64,000 nt of DNA from Oceanispirochaeta sp. GTDB taxonomy: Bacteria; Spirochaetota; Spirochaetia; DSM-2461. A program made the translations under genes and the position numbers. Shown here one piece after another: positions 1 to 9,224 of this stretch. Position 1 is the stretch's first letter. Each line of letters opens with the position of its first letter. A model generated the notes under the pieces. That model was not told the origin of the DNA and searched no databases. It saw nothing but the letters and a program-made list of their open reading frames with translations. Location of the stretch: the NCBI GenBank assembly GCA_963663385.2, contig CAXXXD010000002.1, positions 1,696,001-1,760,000 of the forward strand, given 5' to 3'.

Positions 1-455
1 CTGTCAAACTGTTCGGCAGGAACACGGAGCACCAGATAGTCCGCATAGGACTGTTCCACATACCCCCCTGACGCAATAGCCAGATCTTCCAGGGCTTTAC
101 GGGTTTCCGGGGGATCCTCCACCACCAGTCCGGCCGAGCCGTTATAGATCCGCTTCCTCTGAGAGCCGGGTTCGGGATCCTCCGCCGGAGAGGACGCGGG
201 CAGACTCTGATTTTCTGCGGTTATATCCATCAGGGGAACCGGCTGGGCCGCCCCCTCCAGTTTCATGGCGCTCCGGCTCATCTCGGGAGCCGGCTCTTCA
301 TACTCTTCCATGGCCATGGCTTCTCCGCCGTACCAGTCCGCCTCTTTAGCTGAGGAACTGCAGGAGAGTACCAGGGGGAATGTCAGGAAAAGGGTCAGGG
401 CGTACAGAAGATACATCCCCGTCCAATGGGTTAACGACAGTTTTCTCTTATTCAT
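1..455 (-). CDS. DUF4349-like lipoprotein (partial; continues beyond window start)
   Basis: Not in the ORF track; translated by hand from ATG at 455: MNKRKLSLTHWTGMYLLYALTLFLTFPLVLSC (lipobox), an acidic linker, then RKRIYNGSAGLVV...LAIASGGYVE...LVLRVPAEQFD, which is the typical DUF4349 pattern. Confidence 0.75.
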   Translation of the reverse strand, partial: MNKRKLSLTHWTGMYLLYALTLFLTFPLVLSCSSSAKEADWYGGEAMAMEEYEEPAPEMSRSAMKLEGAAQPVPLMDITAENQSLPASSPAEDPEPGSQRKRIYNGSAGLVVEDPPETRKALEDLAIASGGYVEQSYADYLVLRVPAEQFD

Positions 456-561
456 AATAAGGAATATAACCCAGGGCAGGGAAGGTTACAAAGGGAGCCG
501 GGAATATTTTATTTTCCCAGCCCCCCTTAATTTCCCCGGAGGGGAGAAGTCAATAATGATT

Positions 562-743
562 CCCCTCCTTCGGAGGGGTCAGGGTAGGCCGGGACAAAAG
601 CTCCTAAAAGTTCGGAGGAAAAAACATGACTCTTCTCCCCCTCCTTCGGAGGGGTCAGGGTAGGCCGGGACAAAAGCTCCTAAAAGTTCGGAGGAAAAAA
701 ACATGACTCTTCTCCCCCTCCTTCGGAGGGGGCCGGGGGGAGG
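562..743. repeat. Intergenic tandem repeat, ~2.3 copies of a 76-77 bp unit, each containing a REP-like palindrome CCCCTCC-TTCG-GAGGGG
   Basis: Palindrome starts at 562, 638 and 715; units are near-identical apart from one extra A. Confidence 0.9.
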
Positions 744-2021
744 TTATGACAGTATCATCATGGACGGAAGGGGCCGTATCCGCAGGGGGGTAACGGATCC
801 TTCCCCGAAGAACCCGCTCATATACTTAATGTAGTCGGCGGCCCGTTCGTTGGGGATATACACCTGTATGGTTCCGGCAAAACCGCCGCCGTGAACCCGG
901 CAGGCTCCCTCGCCGTGCAGAAAGCTTTCGGTCAGGTTCAGAGCCAGGCTGATCCCCTGTTCCCGGGGCTCTCTGCCGGGGTAGACATTCTGGAGGTAGC
1001 AGAACGAGGAGTGGCCGGAACTGCCTACCTGATGCAGATAGGTGGAAATATCATTCTCCTTCAGGGCTTCCACCTGGGCTTCCACCCGGGCGTTGTCGTG
1101 CAGAAAGTGAAAGGCCCTCAGTATGGCCCTGTCGCCGCATTTCTCTCTCACCGCGGCAAGGTCTCCCAGTATCTCTGTCTCGCTCAGCTGGCGGCAGTAC
1201 TCCCTGCCGAAGTGGGCCGCCACGGATTTCATCTCGGTGGGGATGGCGGCATATTCGGGGGTCAGGTCGGCATGGTTCCCTCCTGTATCAACAACCATCA
1301 GGGTGTAGCCGGCCTTATGGAAATTATAATCAACCGGCGTAATTTTCGGACTGGCGGGATCTTTAAAGTCGATAGCCACAATCCCGCCGTTGGCGCAGGC
1401 CACCTGGTCCATCAGGCCGCAGGGTTTTCCGAAATAGTTATTCTCCGCGTACTGCCCGATCCGGGCAATTTCGGTTGTGCCGACTCCGTTTTCGTTGAAC
1501 AGAGCGCTGAAGATGGTCCCCACCAGAACCTCCAGGGCGGCGGAAGAGCTTAAGCCCGAACCTTTTAAAACGCTGCTGGTGGTATTGGCCCTGAAACCGC
1601 TGACTTTATAGCCCAGTTCGGCAAAACGGGCGGCTATCCCCCGTACCAGGGCATCCGTTGTATTCTCCTCTGCGGGATTAACCTTCAGATCGGAGATATC
1701 CACCTTGACCGCAGGGTAGCCTTCGGAATCGATAATAACCGTGCTGTCACCCGTAAGGGAGACGGCGGCAATGGTATCCAGGTTGATGGAACCGGCCAGC
1801 ACGCGGCCGTGGTTATGGTCCGTATGGTTGCCTCCCAGCTCCGTCCGGCCGGGGGTGCTGAACAGTTTAATATCCTGCTCCCCGTAGAGGTCCTCATGCC
1901 GTTTAACCAGGGCCGTCCAGCGTTCCGCCTGGCCGGCCGTCCCGGATCCTCCGTAGAGCTCTGAAAAAAGGCCCGTCAGTTTTCCCGATGCCAGCTGCTG
2001 TTCAATATCCTGTCGTTTCAT
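744..2021 (-). CDS. galK: Galactokinase
   Basis: PGRTELGGNHTDH, GSGLSSSAA, CGLMDQ and RVHGGGFAG GHMP motifs; overlaps galT. Confidence 0.93.
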   Translation of the reverse strand: MKRQDIEQQLASGKLTGLFSELYGGSGTAGQAERWTALVKRHEDLYGEQDIKLFSTPGRTELGGNHTDHNHGRVLAGSINLDTIAAVSLTGDSTVIIDSEGYPAVKVDISDLKVNPAEENTTDALVRGIAARFAELGYKVSGFRANTTSSVLKGSGLSSSAALEVLVGTIFSALFNENGVGTTEIARIGQYAENNYFGKPCGLMDQVACANGGIVAIDFKDPASPKITPVDYNFHKAGYTLMVVDTGGNHADLTPEYAAIPTEMKSVAAHFGREYCRQLSETEILGDLAAVREKCGDRAILRAFHFLHDNARVEAQVEALKENDISTYLHQVGSSGHSSFCYLQNVYPGREPREQGISLALNLTESFLHGEGACRVHGGGFAGTIQVYIPNERAADYIKYMSGFFGEGSVTPLRIRPLPSMMILS

Positions 2022-3079
2022 GATTTATCTCCCAGTGTAATGGTATAGTGTTCTTCCGGACAGGCCCGCAGGCTGGCGGCGCTTCCTTCTGCCGTGATAT
2101 CCCTCTGAGGCATACCGAGCATTTCATAGCCGACCATAAATTTCTTTACTGTGGCGCTGCGGAGCAGGGGCGGGTAGTAGTGGATGTGCATCTGGCACTC
2201 TTCGTGTTCCTCCCCGTCCGTGGGAGCCTGGTGAATCCCCATGGAGTAGGGGAAGCTGGTCTGAAAAAGGTTGTCAAACCGGGTCCCCATCCTTTTCAGG
2301 GCGTCGGAAAGATCCGAGACCTGTTTATCTGTCATGTCATCGATGGATTTAAGAGGCGTCAGGGGCAGGATCATGGCTTCATAGGGCCAAACCGCCCAGA
2401 AGGGCACCACCGCGGCAAAGCTGTCGTTGCTGAAGATGACCCGTTCTCCGCGGGCCATCTCCTTCTCCACATAATCCACCAGCAGGGACTTTCCGTGTTT
2501 CGCCAGATAGGCTTTCTGGTTCTCAATTTCCCTGGCGGGGATGTCGGGGATAATCTCTTCCGCCCATATCTGCCCGTGGGGGTGGGGGTTGGAGCATCCC
2601 ATCACGGCTCCGCGGTTTTCAAAAATCTGTATATGGTTGATAAAATCCTTTCTACCCAGTTCCCGGTACTCCTTCTGCCAGGTTCTTACAACACCCTCAA
2701 TCTGGGCAACATCCATCAGGGCAAGGGTCAGATCGTGCCGGGGGGAAAAACAGATTACCTTGCAGATCCCCCGTTCTGTTCTGGCCTGAAAAAGGTCCCC
2801 CTCATCAAAACGCCCTTCGGGAGTATCGTTCAGGAGGGCGGCAAAGTCGTTGTCAAAAACAAAAGTATCCTTGTAATCGGGGTTTTTATGGCCGCCGGCC
2901 CTTTCGTTGCCGGGGCAGAGGTAGCAGCCGGGGTCGAATTCCGGTTTTCTGTCCAGCATGGGTTTTTCAACCTGACCGTTCCAGGGGCGCTTGGTTCTGT
3001 GGGGGGAAACCTTTATCCACTCCCCGGCCAGGGGATTGTACCGTCTGTGAGGGTGTTCCTGTAAATCTATTTTACTCAT
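2018..3079 (-). CDS. galT: Galactose-1-phosphate uridylyltransferase
   Basis: HRRYNPL, CYLCPGN and GCSNPHPHGQ catalytic motif. Confidence 0.97.
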   Translation of the reverse strand: MSKIDLQEHPHRRYNPLAGEWIKVSPHRTKRPWNGQVEKPMLDRKPEFDPGCYLCPGNERAGGHKNPDYKDTFVFDNDFAALLNDTPEGRFDEGDLFQARTERGICKVICFSPRHDLTLALMDVAQIEGVVRTWQKEYRELGRKDFINHIQIFENRGAVMGCSNPHPHGQIWAEEIIPDIPAREIENQKAYLAKHGKSLLVDYVEKEMARGERVIFSNDSFAAVVPFWAVWPYEAMILPLTPLKSIDDMTDKQVSDLSDALKRMGTRFDNLFQTSFPYSMGIHQAPTDGEEHEECQMHIHYYPPLLRSATVKKFMVGYEMLGMPQRDITAEGSAASLRACPEEHYTITLGDKS

Positions 3080-3187
3080 TCTGTCCTCCGATAAAACTCT
3101 TCAGTTTTGTACCTTCTAAAATTGTAATTCTTTATGTCCGGGGAGTTAAATTCGATTCACCTCCCCATTTTATCTTAAAAATAATGC

Positions 3188-3216
3188 TTGCCAAAGGCGA
3201 TGTACACGAGTACAAT
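3188..3216 (+). promoter_or_regulatory. sigma70 promoter of the LacI gene, overlapped by a putative LacI-family operator (3201-3214)
   Basis: TTGCCA-N17-TACAAT; TGTACACGAGTACA is a near-palindrome with central CG. Confidence 0.65.
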
Positions 3217-3254
3217 ACTATTGGAACATTATACTTGTCAAGGAAATTATTGAA

Positions 3255-4274
3255 ATGAGCAGCAAAAATAACAGGGATAAAGTAGCCGAACTGGCAGGAG
3301 TCAGCAGCGCTACGGTCTCCCGTGTCTATAATAACCCTGAAAAGGTATCCGAAGCCAAAAAAAAGGCTGTTCTGGATGCCGCCGGGCTGCTGGGATACTC
3401 TCCGGATAAATCGGCCAGCGCCCTCAGACGCAGAGGAACCGGACAGATCTCGCTGGTCAGCATACGAAAACACAGGGGCACCTGGTACTGGGGGGATTTT
3501 CCCGGGGCCAAATGGTTCTACACGGATGTGGTGCAGGGAATCATGGAGGAGGTTGATTCTTCCATGTACCGCCTTAACCTCAAAACCCTCAAGTCCGCCG
3601 CAGAGATCCGCTCCATCGACTGGTCAAAGGAGTGCGACGGGGCCATTTTCTATGATGTGGATACCTCCGAAGAAGCCGAGGCTATTGCCTCCTGTCCGGT
3701 TCCGACTGTTATCAGTCATCATACGGCCCAGTTTGCCGAATGCAACCGCTGTTCCACAGACAACTACCGGGGGGGGATTATTGCCGGAACCCATCTGATG
3801 GAGGCAGGGTATCAGAGACCCGCCTATATCAGCTATCTTCCCCATCTCATCCTCTCCAACAGGCAGCGGTTTGAAGGATTTCAGCAGGCCTGTTCCGGTG
3901 TGGAGGTTCGGCAGGTTTTAAATGATCCCGGTAAAAAGGGGGGCTATAAGGCAGCCATGTCTCTTCTGGAAAAGATCAAAACCGGAAAAATCGATTCTCT
4001 CGGTGTTGTAAACGATCTTACCGCAATCGGTGTGATACAATGCCTGCAGGACGAAGGATTGAAACCGGGACGGGATGTGGGGCTGATCGGCTACGATAAT
4101 ATGCCCTTTAACTATGTGCTGCCCTTTGAACTGGCTTCTATCGATTTAAGACCCGCCGAACTGTACAGGGAGGCTGTCAGGATGCTTCTGGAAATACTGC
4201 GCTCAGACCAGGAATCGGGAATTCCCGTAAAACGGGTAATTCTGCCTGAACTAGTCAAAGGAGACTCCGTCTGA
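3255..4274 (+). CDS. LacI-family transcriptional regulator (probable gal repressor)
   Basis: VAELAGVSSATVSRVYN HTH, YSPDKSASAL hinge, ND...IGYD core; divergent from galT-galK. Confidence 0.92.
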   Translation: MSSKNNRDKVAELAGVSSATVSRVYNNPEKVSEAKKKAVLDAAGLLGYSPDKSASALRRRGTGQISLVSIRKHRGTWYWGDFPGAKWFYTDVVQGIMEEVDSSMYRLNLKTLKSAAEIRSIDWSKECDGAIFYDVDTSEEAEAIASCPVPTVISHHTAQFAECNRCSTDNYRGGIIAGTHLMEAGYQRPAYISYLPHLILSNRQRFEGFQQACSGVEVRQVLNDPGKKGGYKAAMSLLEKIKTGKIDSLGVVNDLTAIGVIQCLQDEGLKPGRDVGLIGYDNMPFNYVLPFELASIDLRPAELYREAVRMLLEILRSDQESGIPVKRVILPELVKGDSV

Positions 4275-5248
4275 AAAGACCAGGGACTTATGCCATACAC
4301 CTCCTGTTTCTTCTGGTCACGGCAGTTTGTCTCTCTACCTTTTCCTGTGTTCATCATCCGCCGGATTCTTCTGTCCGTCCCGGTTCCCCCGGATATGAGG
4401 ACGACTTGCCGCAGAAGGAAACCGGAGAAACCATGGTTCCCGAAGTAATGGATAGGAACGAAGCCGCCCCTCGGGAAGAAGAGGATCTTTACGCCGGGGA
4501 CGGCGGTATTATCCTGACTTTTGATGATTTTTTTCCATCCTGGCAGCAGACAGCCGCTTTATTGGAAAATGGTCATGCCCATGCCTCTTTCTATATCTCT
4601 CTTGAGCCCGCAGAGATGGGACATCAGGAGCTGGTCCTTCTTGCTATGCTGCTGGAAAAGGGGCATGAAATCGCCTGGCATACGGCAACTCATCCGGATT
4701 TGAGTCAAATCCCCGAAACAGAAAGACCGGATACCATGGAACAGGAGATCCTGGAACCTCTCCAAATCCTCGGGGAGTCAATTGATACGGAGATACTCTC
4801 TTTTGCCTATCCCTACGGTTTCTATGATGAGGACTGGGAGGCCAGGCTGTCCGGGATTTTTACCAGCAGGCGGGGATTCGGACGAACCCCCCGCTACTAC
4901 AGCGTTCATGAGATCAGAACAGAAGAATTCTTTAAAGCTGTCTCTATTGATAATACCATCTATCGTGATAAAGAGGATGGGGGCGAACAGGGCATTCCGG
5001 GTGGATTCATGTCCTTCTGTCAATCCGTTTTCCGGGAAATAAAGACCTCATCCCGTTATATCATTCTGGGATCTCACGGTTTGGGAAACGACCCCTGGGG
5101 AATCACCCCGGAAAATCTTGAATACCTCCTGTCCGGAGCAGAAAAAAGAGGGATCCCCGTTCTCTCTCTCAGGGAAGCCCGGTTCCGGGAGAGTGAAAAA
5201 CGGGAGCAGATCATGCGGCCCTGTACCGTTCCGTCCCTGTCTCCGTGA
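4271..5248 (+). CDS. Polysaccharide deacetylase (CE4/NodB-like), probable lipoprotein; start probably CTG 4271 (ORF track uses TTG 4406)
   Basis: LTFDD, HEIAWHTATH and FAYPYG motifs; the frame is open upstream to CTG 4271 and encodes a signal peptide ending TFSC. Confidence 0.8.
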   Translation: MKRPGTYAIHLLFLLVTAVCLSTFSCVHHPPDSSVRPGSPGYEDDLPQKETGETMVPEVMDRNEAAPREEEDLYAGDGGIILTFDDFFPSWQQTAALLENGHAHASFYISLEPAEMGHQELVLLAMLLEKGHEIAWHTATHPDLSQIPETERPDTMEQEILEPLQILGESIDTEILSFAYPYGFYDEDWEARLSGIFTSRRGFGRTPRYYSVHEIRTEEFFKAVSIDNTIYRDKEDGGEQGIPGGFMSFCQSVFREIKTSSRYIILGSHGLGNDPWGITPENLEYLLSGAEKRGIPVLSLREARFRESEKREQIMRPCTVPSLSP

Positions 5249-5320
5249 CAGGGCTGCACAAATGGATCCTTTTTCACGGTAATACTTTCCTATAAGGAAA
5301 CATTCCATTATAATTAAACC

Positions 5321-6517
5321 ATGATACTCAAAATGAAAAATATTATTCAGGACTATGCCTGGGGGTCGAAAACCTACCTTCAGGAAATGACAGATACTGA
5401 TTCGGAGGGACCCCTGGCGGAACTCTGGATGGGCGTACATCCCAGAGGAGAATCTCTGGTTGAAACCGCTGCGGGCAAATGGGAATCCCTGTCCGCCCTT
5501 ATAGCGGCCGATCCTGCGGGCATGATGGGAGATCCATTGGCCGAGCGCTTCGCCAATCTGCCCTTTCTGTTCAAATTGCTGGCAGCGGGAGAGCCCCTCT
5601 CCATTCAGGCTCATCCCAGCAAAACCCAGGCCGAAGAGGGGTTCCGGAAAGAGAACGAAGCCGGAGTGCCTCTTGATGCCTTTAACAGAAATTACAAGGA
5701 CGATAACCATAAACCGGAAATCATATGTGCCATGACCCCCTATTGGGCCCTGAAGGGATTCCGTTCCCCCGATGCCATCAAAGGGTTCTTTGCCTCCTGG
5801 GTGCCGGAGGAGGCCTCGGTAAGCCTCTTTCCTCAGGGAGTAGAGGATGATTCGGAAAAGCTGCGCCGCTTTTTCCAGGCCCTGATGAGCCTTGACGGGG
5901 ATCTGAAGGGAACCGTTCTGAAAGAAGGACTTGCCTGGTGCGGTCGTCAGGATGACGATGCCTGCCGCTGGGTGCTGAAACTGAACAATAAATACCCCGG
6001 CGATATCGGTATCCTCTCACCCCTCTATCTGAATACGGTCTGTCTGCAGCCCGGAGAGGCCCTCTATCTCCCCGCCGGCGAACTTCATGCCTACCTTCAG
6101 GGATTCGGTGTGGAGCTGATGGCCAACTCGGACAATGTCCTGCGGGGAGGGTTGACTCCCAAGCATATGGACATGACCGAACTGATGAAAACCCTGACTT
6201 TTCAAAGTGATTCCCCCAGAATTCTGAAGCCCCGTTCCCTGCCGGACGGCTGCGGGATATACGATACGGTCTCGGAAGAGTTCCAGCTTCTGACGGTAGA
6301 TCTGGGCGGGGATGTCAGCGCCATTCATCTGGAGTCGGGGTATCCCGTATCCATCCTGATTGTAACGGAAGGAAGCATCACGGTTAAGGATAAAGACACC
6401 TCTCTGACCCTGAAAAAAGGCGAGTCCTGTTTCCTTTCGAAAAACGGGAAAGGACGCAATCTGAGCAGCGACGGTTCCTGGGGCAGGGGATTTATTGCCA
6501 GGGCTGTTCCTGAATGA
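5321..6517 (+). CDS. manA: Mannose-6-phosphate isomerase, class I
   Basis: YAWGS, AELWMGVHP, LSIQAHP, YKDDNHKPE, HAYL, ELMANSDNVLRGGLT. Confidence 0.97.
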   Translation: MILKMKNIIQDYAWGSKTYLQEMTDTDSEGPLAELWMGVHPRGESLVETAAGKWESLSALIAADPAGMMGDPLAERFANLPFLFKLLAAGEPLSIQAHPSKTQAEEGFRKENEAGVPLDAFNRNYKDDNHKPEIICAMTPYWALKGFRSPDAIKGFFASWVPEEASVSLFPQGVEDDSEKLRRFFQALMSLDGDLKGTVLKEGLAWCGRQDDDACRWVLKLNNKYPGDIGILSPLYLNTVCLQPGEALYLPAGELHAYLQGFGVELMANSDNVLRGGLTPKHMDMTELMKTLTFQSDSPRILKPRSLPDGCGIYDTVSEEFQLLTVDLGGDVSAIHLESGYPVSILIVTEGSITVKDKDTSLTLKKGESCFLSKNGKGRNLSSDGSWGRGFIARAVPE

Positions 6518-6999
6518 TCCTGTGGGTAGACGGGGACTCCTGTCCCCGGCCTGTCCGGGACATACTCTGCCGGGCGGCTGTCCGTGAAAAGCTGGAGCTG
6601 AAGTTTGTTGCCAACAGGGAGCTCCCCCTAAAAAAATCCGACTGGATCAGCCTGATTATAACATCAGGTGAAGAGGGCAGTGCCGACCGCTATATTATTG
6701 AGCGGTCCGTTCCTGGTGATCTTATTGTCACCAGGGATATCCCCCTTGCCGCGGAACTGGTGGAACGGGGGGTTACTGTTCTGAATGACCGGGGAAAAAT
6801 CTATACAAAAGAGAATGTAAAAGAGCGTCTTGCCGAAAGGGATTTTAATCAGATGCTCCGGGAAGCCGGTTTAAGCGATGAAAAAAGCGGGAATTTTGGA
6901 CAGAAAGAGATCCGGGCTTTTGCCAGCGCCTTCGACAGAACAATCCGTCAGATGCTTGTGGAGGAAAACTTCAGAAGATCCGGATCGGGGAAAGTTTAA
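6514..6999 (+). CDS. YaiI/YqxD (UPF0178) family protein
   Basis: WVDGDSCP, AD..I, VTRDIPLA, LNDRG. Confidence 0.9.
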   Translation: MILWVDGDSCPRPVRDILCRAAVREKLELKFVANRELPLKKSDWISLIITSGEEGSADRYIIERSVPGDLIVTRDIPLAAELVERGVTVLNDRGKIYTKENVKERLAERDFNQMLREAGLSDEKSGNFGQKEIRAFASAFDRTIRQMLVEENFRRSGSGKV

Positions 7000-7026
7000 A
7001 CGGCTCCACTTATTCTCCTGGGGTAA

Positions 7027-7074
7027 TTGAAGTCCCGGGGGGAAAATATTATACTATTATAGTAATAATTATCA
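7027..7074 (+). promoter_or_regulatory. sigma70 promoter of fprA with an adjacent Fur/PerR-type box
   Basis: TTGAAG-N17-TATACT (7027-7055), then TAGTAAT-A-ATTATCA (7060-7074) versus the TGATAATnATTATCA consensus. Confidence 0.6.
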
Positions 7075-7126
7075 AAAAGAGCCTCCTGGCGAGGCATCAG
7101 ATAGAAACCCAACAAGGAGTAGTGTT

Positions 7127-8356
7127 GTGAAAGCTGTTGAAATGGCAGAGGGAATTTATCGTCTGGGTGTAAACATCGAGACCGGAAAACTGTTTGAGGG
7201 AATCTGGAAGATACCCGACGGGACTTCAATCAATTCTTATGTAGTAAAAGGGGATAAGACCGCCCTTATCGATCTGACGCAGGATATGGATGATTTTCCC
7301 GGAACCCTCACAGCCCAGATGGCCGATGCGGGTGTGTCTGCGGAAAATATTGATTATATTATCGTAAACCATATGGAACCGGATCATTCGGGATGGCTCA
7401 TGGACTTCAGAAAGAAGAATCCCTCCATGGAGATCTTCTGTACAAAAAAAGCGGTTCCCCTGGTCAGGGAGTTCTGCGGCATTGAAGAGAACGTCCATGC
7501 CATTGCAGACGGGGAGCTGCTGGACCTGGGAAAAGGCAAGGTCCTTCAGTTTTTCGAAACCCCGAATATCCACTGGCCCGAAACCATGATGACCTACGAA
7601 CAGAGTGAAAAAATCCTGTTTTCCTGTGATGCCTTCGGCTCCTACGGCAGGGTGGATGATGCGGTCTTCGATGATCAGCTTTCCGATGACGAACACGATT
7701 TTTTTGAAAAGGAAGCCCTGCGTTACTACGCCAATATTGTAGCCTCCTTCTCTGTTTTCGTAGAGCGGGGGCTTAAAAAACTGGAGGGCCTGGACATCAA
7801 AATGATTGCCCCTTCCCATGGTATCATCTGGCGGGAGAATCCTTCGGTCATCGTAAAGCGGTATGCCCGTTATGCCTCGTACCTCAAGGGACCGGCCTGC
7901 GCCGAGATAACTGTCATCTGGGGGAGCATGTACGGGAATACCCAGCAGCTCGTTACAGAAGTTATCAAGGGGATCCGGAGCGAAAAGGTTCCGGTGCATC
8001 AGTACCGTGTTCCCGAAGACGATATCGGATTTATCCTGGCGGATGCCTGGAAGTCTGCAGGGATTGTACTGGGAATGCCTACCTATGAGTATCAGATGTT
8101 CCCCCCCATGGCACATGTCATAGATGATTTTAACAGAAAGAAGGTTCAGAATAAAAAAGCTTTCCGTTTCGGTTCCTTCGGCTGGTCCGGCGGAGCGGAA
8201 AAGGAGCTAGGCCTGTCTACGGAAAAGCTTAACTGGGAGTTTCTGGAATCCGTGGAATGGCAGGGTGCACCAGGTGAGGCAGAGAAGAAAAAAGCCTTCG
8301 AACGGGGGCGGGAGCTGGCTCGTCTGGTAAAGGAATTTGCACAGAATAAGTGTTAA
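7127..8356 (+). CDS. fprA: FprA-family flavodiiron protein (A-type flavoprotein)
   Basis: HMEPDH, HWPE, CDAFG and PSHG diiron ligands; SMYGNT and GSFGWSGG flavodoxin domain. Confidence 0.93.
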   Translation: MKAVEMAEGIYRLGVNIETGKLFEGIWKIPDGTSINSYVVKGDKTALIDLTQDMDDFPGTLTAQMADAGVSAENIDYIIVNHMEPDHSGWLMDFRKKNPSMEIFCTKKAVPLVREFCGIEENVHAIADGELLDLGKGKVLQFFETPNIHWPETMMTYEQSEKILFSCDAFGSYGRVDDAVFDDQLSDDEHDFFEKEALRYYANIVASFSVFVERGLKKLEGLDIKMIAPSHGIIWRENPSVIVKRYARYASYLKGPACAEITVIWGSMYGNTQQLVTEVIKGIRSEKVPVHQYRVPEDDIGFILADAWKSAGIVLGMPTYEYQMFPPMAHVIDDFNRKKVQNKKAFRFGSFGWSGGAEKELGLSTEKLNWEFLESVEWQGAPGEAEKKKAFERGRELARLVKEFAQNKC

Positions 8357-8379
8357 CAGTAAGACCGGGACTTACTATT

Positions 8380-8421
8380 GGGAAGGTTTTTTCCTTACGG
8401 GGAAAAACCTTCCCTTTTTTT
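8380..8421 (+). terminator. Rho-independent terminator of fprA
   Basis: GGGAAGGTTTTTTCC / GGGAAAAACCTTCCC stem followed by a T7 run. Confidence 0.85.
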
Positions 8422-8533
8422 ATGTTTATCAGGTAAAGGTTTACGTAAAATAAAAAGATTACATGTGTTTTGTGTGGAAATTGTGTGAAGAAAGAGTCAT
8501 ATTATAACATATCCGCTTCAAAAAGGACATTTA

Positions 8534-9163
8534 ATGCAGAGCAATATAATTGATATGTTTTCTAGCGATCATACGGAAAAATACCTCTACAACTCTCTGT
8601 CTGACAAAATCCGCTACACCGTATCCTGCCAGGACTTCTCTCCTGTTATTTCAGCCCGGAATGTCCGGGAAAACAGGACCCTTCAGATGGACCTGATAGA
8701 CTCGCTTGTCAAAAGGGCCGATAACGAAATCAGTCTCCTGTTCACGGTTGATTGCCCTTTTCTGGGGAAGTTTGAGAAAGTTCTTCGAATTATCTACCGT
8801 TTAACCCGGTTTAATCCCGAGCTTATCCTCATTTTACAGAATCTGATGTGTGAGAATGATACGGAACGTCCCGCTTGCGAAGCTGCAGGGGGCTGTTCCT
8901 TTCTGCAGCTGAACACTATCATCAGCAGGGTTCTGAAGGAGCAGGCGCAGAAAGACGGTGTTATCCGGGAAGAAGGGGGGATGGAACATCTGATCTTTTT
9001 TCTGCTGGAGGAAGTAATCAAACGCTTCGAGTGTGAATTGATCTTCTGCTGTGAGGATCTGATCGAGAACAGAAATGCGTCAGGGTTCCCCAGTGAGGAA
9101 GATATGATAGACCGGTTTTTCAAGCCCATAGCCGATCAGCTTGGCAGTCTGGAAGCATCCTGA
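8534..9163 (+). CDS. Hypothetical Cys-rich protein
   Basis: 209-aa ORF with AAGGA RBS; no family recognised. Confidence 0.6.
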   Translation: MQSNIIDMFSSDHTEKYLYNSLSDKIRYTVSCQDFSPVISARNVRENRTLQMDLIDSLVKRADNEISLLFTVDCPFLGKFEKVLRIIYRLTRFNPELILILQNLMCENDTERPACEAAGGCSFLQLNTIISRVLKEQAQKDGVIREEGGMEHLIFFLLEEVIKRFECELIFCCEDLIENRNASGFPSEEDMIDRFFKPIADQLGSLEAS

Positions 9164-9224
9164 ACATTTTTTCACTTTTCCTGCACCTTTACAAAAACGG
9201 AGACAGCTTCTATCATTTCTCCCT

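Noticed and set aside
265..663. 132-aa plus-strand ORF
   Set aside because: Antisense shadow of the DUF4349-like gene running into the repeat
562..743. Possible mini CRISPR array
   Set aside because: The 'spacers' are essentially identical and there are no cas genes in the window; it is a tandem duplication
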